Position numbers and translations under genes: made by a program. From contig NC_057718.1 in NCBI RefSeq assembly GCF_004010195.1, positions 101,511,764 through 101,549,102 on the forward strand: 37,339 nucleotides of DNA, written 5' to 3'. The notes beneath the pieces were generated by a model. The model did no database searches. It was not told where the DNA came from and saw only the letters and a program-made list of their open reading frames with translations. Origin of the DNA: Chiloscyllium plagiosum. Lineage: Eukaryota. This document shows positions 33,651 through 37,339 of the stretch, one piece after another (position 1 is the first letter of the stretch; each line of letters starts with the position of its first letter).

Positions 33651-34679
33651 CTCAGAACTCTCAAGGTGTATAGGTAGTGTCCCTACGCCTGAGTCAGAAG
33701 GTCTGGGTTCAGGTCCCACCATGAGGAATTCCTGCTGGGGTGTCTTGAAGCAAAGAAGAATGGCCTGCAAAGACCTAAGTGCCAGGTCTGACTCCAACCA
33801 GCAGAGGGTTTGCCCGCATTGATACCCATTTGCTTGATGCCACACTCAATCAAACACGGCCTTGATGTCAACAGCAGTCACACTCAACACCCAACATTGG
33901 GGGGGGGAGCTCAGTGGCATAATGGTAATGAAGAACTGAAGAAAACTCATACTGGACTCAACGCATTTACTCTATTTCTCTCTCCACAGAGGCTGCCAGA
34001 CCTGCTGAGTTTCTCCAGCATTTTCTATATTCATTTCAGATTTCCAGCTTCTGCAGTATGGTGCTCCTTTTCATAGAAGTGAATGATAGAGATTGCACAA
34101 GGGAAAGCAATTAATAAGATAATGAAATGGGGAAACGAAAGCAGTGTTTAATATTGACAGTACAAAGGCTTAACCAGCTGTTTGGGAGAGATTATTCCTT
34201 CATATTCTTTCAGATTTGTTTCTTTTCAAAGGGCGTCTGTCTCCTTCATAATAGCACAGACCTTCAAAAAACAAAAACTTGAGAAGAGATCTCACAGTTA
34301 TAAGATGTGGGCAGCAAATAAACAATAATGGCTTAATTTTGGGATATTAATTAGCAAAGAAAATTGGATTTTTAAATTTGGTAGATTAATATTTGAGTAG
34401 AAGGAAAGCTGGTGAAATTAATGGGTAAATTGTCTCCTTTTGAAGACAGCATAATTAGACCACAAACTAAGTCCTTTGTTTTTCTGTTTTTTTGTGTGGT
34501 GAGTCCATAGACAGTGGAAATTTGAAGATATTTTGCCTCACATTCTGTACTCCAAAAACTTCAGAGAGTTCCTTTAATGCTAAATTTGCAAAGTCATTTT
34601 ACAATGTAGTAAATCAAAACAGTGCAAGAAAAGTTTCAAAGGGCAATACAATGTATTCCTTTATTTATTCTGAATTACA

Positions 34680-34975
34680 GAACACAGTGGCAGCATTGTG
34701 TACTATCCACAAGATGCACTGTGGTAACTCACTAAGGCTCCTTCGGTACCACCTTCTAATGCCACGACCTCTCTCATCTAGAAGGACATAGAGAAGGGAC
34801 ATCGCCACCTGCTACTTCCCCTCCAAGCTGCATACCATCTTCACTTGGCACTGTATCATACTTCCTTCACCCCCACCCTTGCTGAGTCAGACTCCTGGAA
34901 CATTTTCCCGAACAGCATTGTGGGTCTACACCAGCACATGGTCTGCAGTGGTTCAAGAAGGCAGCGCGCACCGCT
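34680..34975 (+). mobile_element. Old LINE 3' fragment
   Basis: Reverse-complement relative of 15345-15860 (ctgcagtggttcaagaaggcagc). Confidence 0.6.
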
Positions 34976-35059
34976 TTCTCAATGGCCTCTTCCACAAAGG
35001 GAAATGTCTATTCACCATTCTCCCACAAGTCCCCCCTGCCTGCTTGCTTTATCTCTGTC

Positions 35060-35450
35060 TCCCCTTTGTAGGCATCTTATGTTCTCATTGCAGCTTACTT
35101 TCCTACCCAGCTTTACGTCACCAGCAAATGTAGTTACCATAATTGGGTCCTTCAGCTCTGATCTCTCTGGCATTCCACTTGTTACATCTGGCTAAGCCCA
35201 GAAAGCCCCATTTGTGCCTACTCTCTGTTAACCACCAACATTGCTATCCATGCCAATATGTTATGCTCTACATCATGAGCTTCTATTTGATGGTGTGAGC
35301 TTTGATATGGCACCTTGTCAAATGCCTTTTCCAAATTCAAGTACGCCACACCCACAGGTTCCCCATAAACCATGTTGCTTGTTACCACCTCAAACAACCT
35401 CTCATAAATTAATCAAATACATTTTCTCTTTCATAACCCATGCCTGGTTG
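35060..35450 (-). mobile_element. Decayed CR1 RT fragment
   Basis: ggcaccttgtcaaatgccttttccaaattcaagtac: the minus strand gives YL.F/.KAFDKVP. Confidence 0.65.
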
Positions 35451-35729
35451 CATTGACATTTTCTAAATGGCCTCCTGTAACTTCCATAATAAGAGATTCC
35501 ATCATCTCTAACAACCTTGATGTTTCCTGTTTCCTGTTTTCTGCCTCCCTTTTCAGTACGGAAGGTACACCCGCTATTTTCCAATATCCCAGAAGTTTGG
35601 GAAATTTGAAAAAGTCAAACCAGTGGTACAGATATTCTGATGGCCAGATAGTTGTTGGAGCATTGCACACGTCTTGGGGCTGTGCAGTATCTCAGACACA
35701 ACAGACTCATTCTCCAGGAAATTGAAGAT

Positions 35730-35891
35730 TCCAATTGGCATTTCCCTGCACTGGGATCCCTCAGAAATAATCCAGTAAAGTTGGAGAATTCAGTCAAGTT
35801 GAATGTTACCCAGGAAATGGTTGATGATTCAAATCCCAGTCTAACTCCTAGATAACTATGAAACTGACCCTCCCCAACATTAATGACCCCT
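35730..35891 (+). repeat. Donor copy of a 162-bp local duplication
   Basis: Matches 36590-36751 with 3 mismatches. Confidence 0.95.
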
Positions 35892-36589
35892 GAAAACTAC
35901 CCATCCTGATCAAAACCTGGCCCTAGCTCCCAACCCAATATGATTCAACCCCTCGTTCGACCTAATATCTCCACCACCACTGCTTGAACCCAAGCTGGTC
36001 ACATTCCCTCCCCCCACACCCTTCTTAGCCTCCCCTGACACACCATCATTTATCTTGCACCCTACTCATGTGTCATCTCACTTATCTGGCACCCTTCCTG
36101 GTATCCTATTTACCTGAACCTGTGCCAAGCCAACCCTAGCCCAACCCCATCCCCCCAAACACCCCCTTATAATGACACCCTACACTTACCTGGCACCCTC
36201 ACGATTTATAGAATCCATAGAACCCTCTACAGTGCACAAAGAGACCATTTGGCCCATCACATCTGCACCAACCGTCTGAAGATCATCCCACACTCACAGA
36301 TATCTCATTGCTGCATATATGAAATATGTCCTTAAATAACTGCCCAACATTTCTACCTACCTATTGTTTAATCAGATTTTCCAGCTCACTTTAGCCAGCT
36401 CTGTCAAGTTTCATATTGTCCTTATTTAAGTTTAAAATACTATTCTTAGACCCACTGTTCTCTCCCTCAAACCAAATATAAAATTCAATCTTGTTATGAT
36501 TGCTGCTGGCTAGGGACACCTTTTACTTTGAGGCCACCAATTAATCTTGTTTTATTGCATATTATTATAGAGTTATGGTATCCCTTCGG

Positions 36590-36751
36590 TCCAATTGGCA
36601 TTTCCCTGCACTGGGATCCCTCAGAAATAATCCAGTAAAGTAGGAGAATTCAGTCAAGTTGAATGTTACCCAGGAAATGGTTGATGATTCAAATCCCAGT
36701 CTAACTCCTGGATAACTATGAAACTGACCCTCCCCAACATTAATAACCCCT
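36590..36751 (+). repeat. Templated copy of 35730-35891 inserted in a CR1 tail
   Basis: Bracketed by the 13-bp direct repeat cccttcggtccaa (36582-36594, 36748-36760). Confidence 0.93.
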
Positions 36752-37190
36752 TCGGTCCAACCAGTCCATGCCGACCAAAATCCCAAACTAAACTAGTCCT
36801 ACCTGCCTGCGCCTGGCCCATATCCCTCCAAACCTTTCCTATTCAAGTACTTATGCAAATGACTTTTAAATATTGCAATTGTAACCACATCCACCACTTC
36901 CTCAGGAAGTTCATTCCACATACAAACCACCCTCTGTGTAAAGAATTTGCCCCTCATGTTTTCTTTTATTTTTCTCCTCTCATCTTAAAAATGTGCCCCC
37001 AGTCTTGAAATCCCCCATCCTAGGGAAAAGACAACTACCAGTAACTCTATCTATACGTCTCATAATTTTATAAACTTCTATCAGGTAACCTCTGAATCTC
37101 CTAAGCTCTAGTGAAAAAGGTCTCAGCCTATCCAGCCTTTCTTTATAACTCAAGCCATTCCCAACAACATCCTGGTAAATCTCTTCTGAA
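36752..37190 (-). mobile_element. CR1/HER1-like LINE 3' fragment
   Basis: ORF 36980-37231 (GLSYKERLDRL..FSLE.RR.RG.LIEVYKIMR.IDRV). Confidence 0.88.
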
Positions 37191-37193
37191 TTC

Positions 37194-37339
37194 TGGATCA
37201 GTGGTGCTGGAAGACCGCAAAAGCCCTTCATCAGGAATAAAGACAGAGAGCCTGAAGCGTGGAGAGATAAGCTGGAGGAGGGTGGGGGTGGGGAGAAAGT
37301 AGCATAGAGTACAATAGGTGAGTGGGGGAGGGGATGAAG
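37194..37339 (-). mobile_element. Family B PLE end (runs off window), hammerhead half deleted
   Basis: gtggtgctggaaga...caaaagcccttcatcaggaat; minus strand has CTGATGAAGGGCTTTTG without the GAAA box. Confidence 0.65.

Noticed and set aside
33930..33970. Additional hammerheads in the older palindromic family (also about 6225, 9910 and 21860)
   Set aside because: CTGAAGA-like remnants are visible, but the GAAA box or stems are destroyed

Overview
Non-coding, repeat-dense vertebrate DNA. The repeat content (HE1-type V-SINEs, CR1/HER1-like LINE fragments, SacSINE1/Deu-like SINEs) points to an elasmobranch, probably a shark; this is inference. I recognise no host protein-coding exon. The interpretable ORFs are decayed CR1 reverse-transcriptase fragments or SINE read-through. 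The main signal is a set of short Penelope-like (PLE) pseudo-LTR insertions carrying minimal type I hammerhead ribozyme motifs with covarying stem I, often on both strands of a palindrome and mostly flanked by 11-12 bp target duplications. One of them (10044-10623) appears to have copied the flank of a sibling insertion 7 kb away. Also present: two solo LTRs with 4-bp TSDs, a twin-priming-like inverted CR1, a 162-bp templated insertion, a four-level nested insertion, and several unique AT-rich enhancer-like blocks. Repeat boundaries are approximate unless a TSD is quoted.
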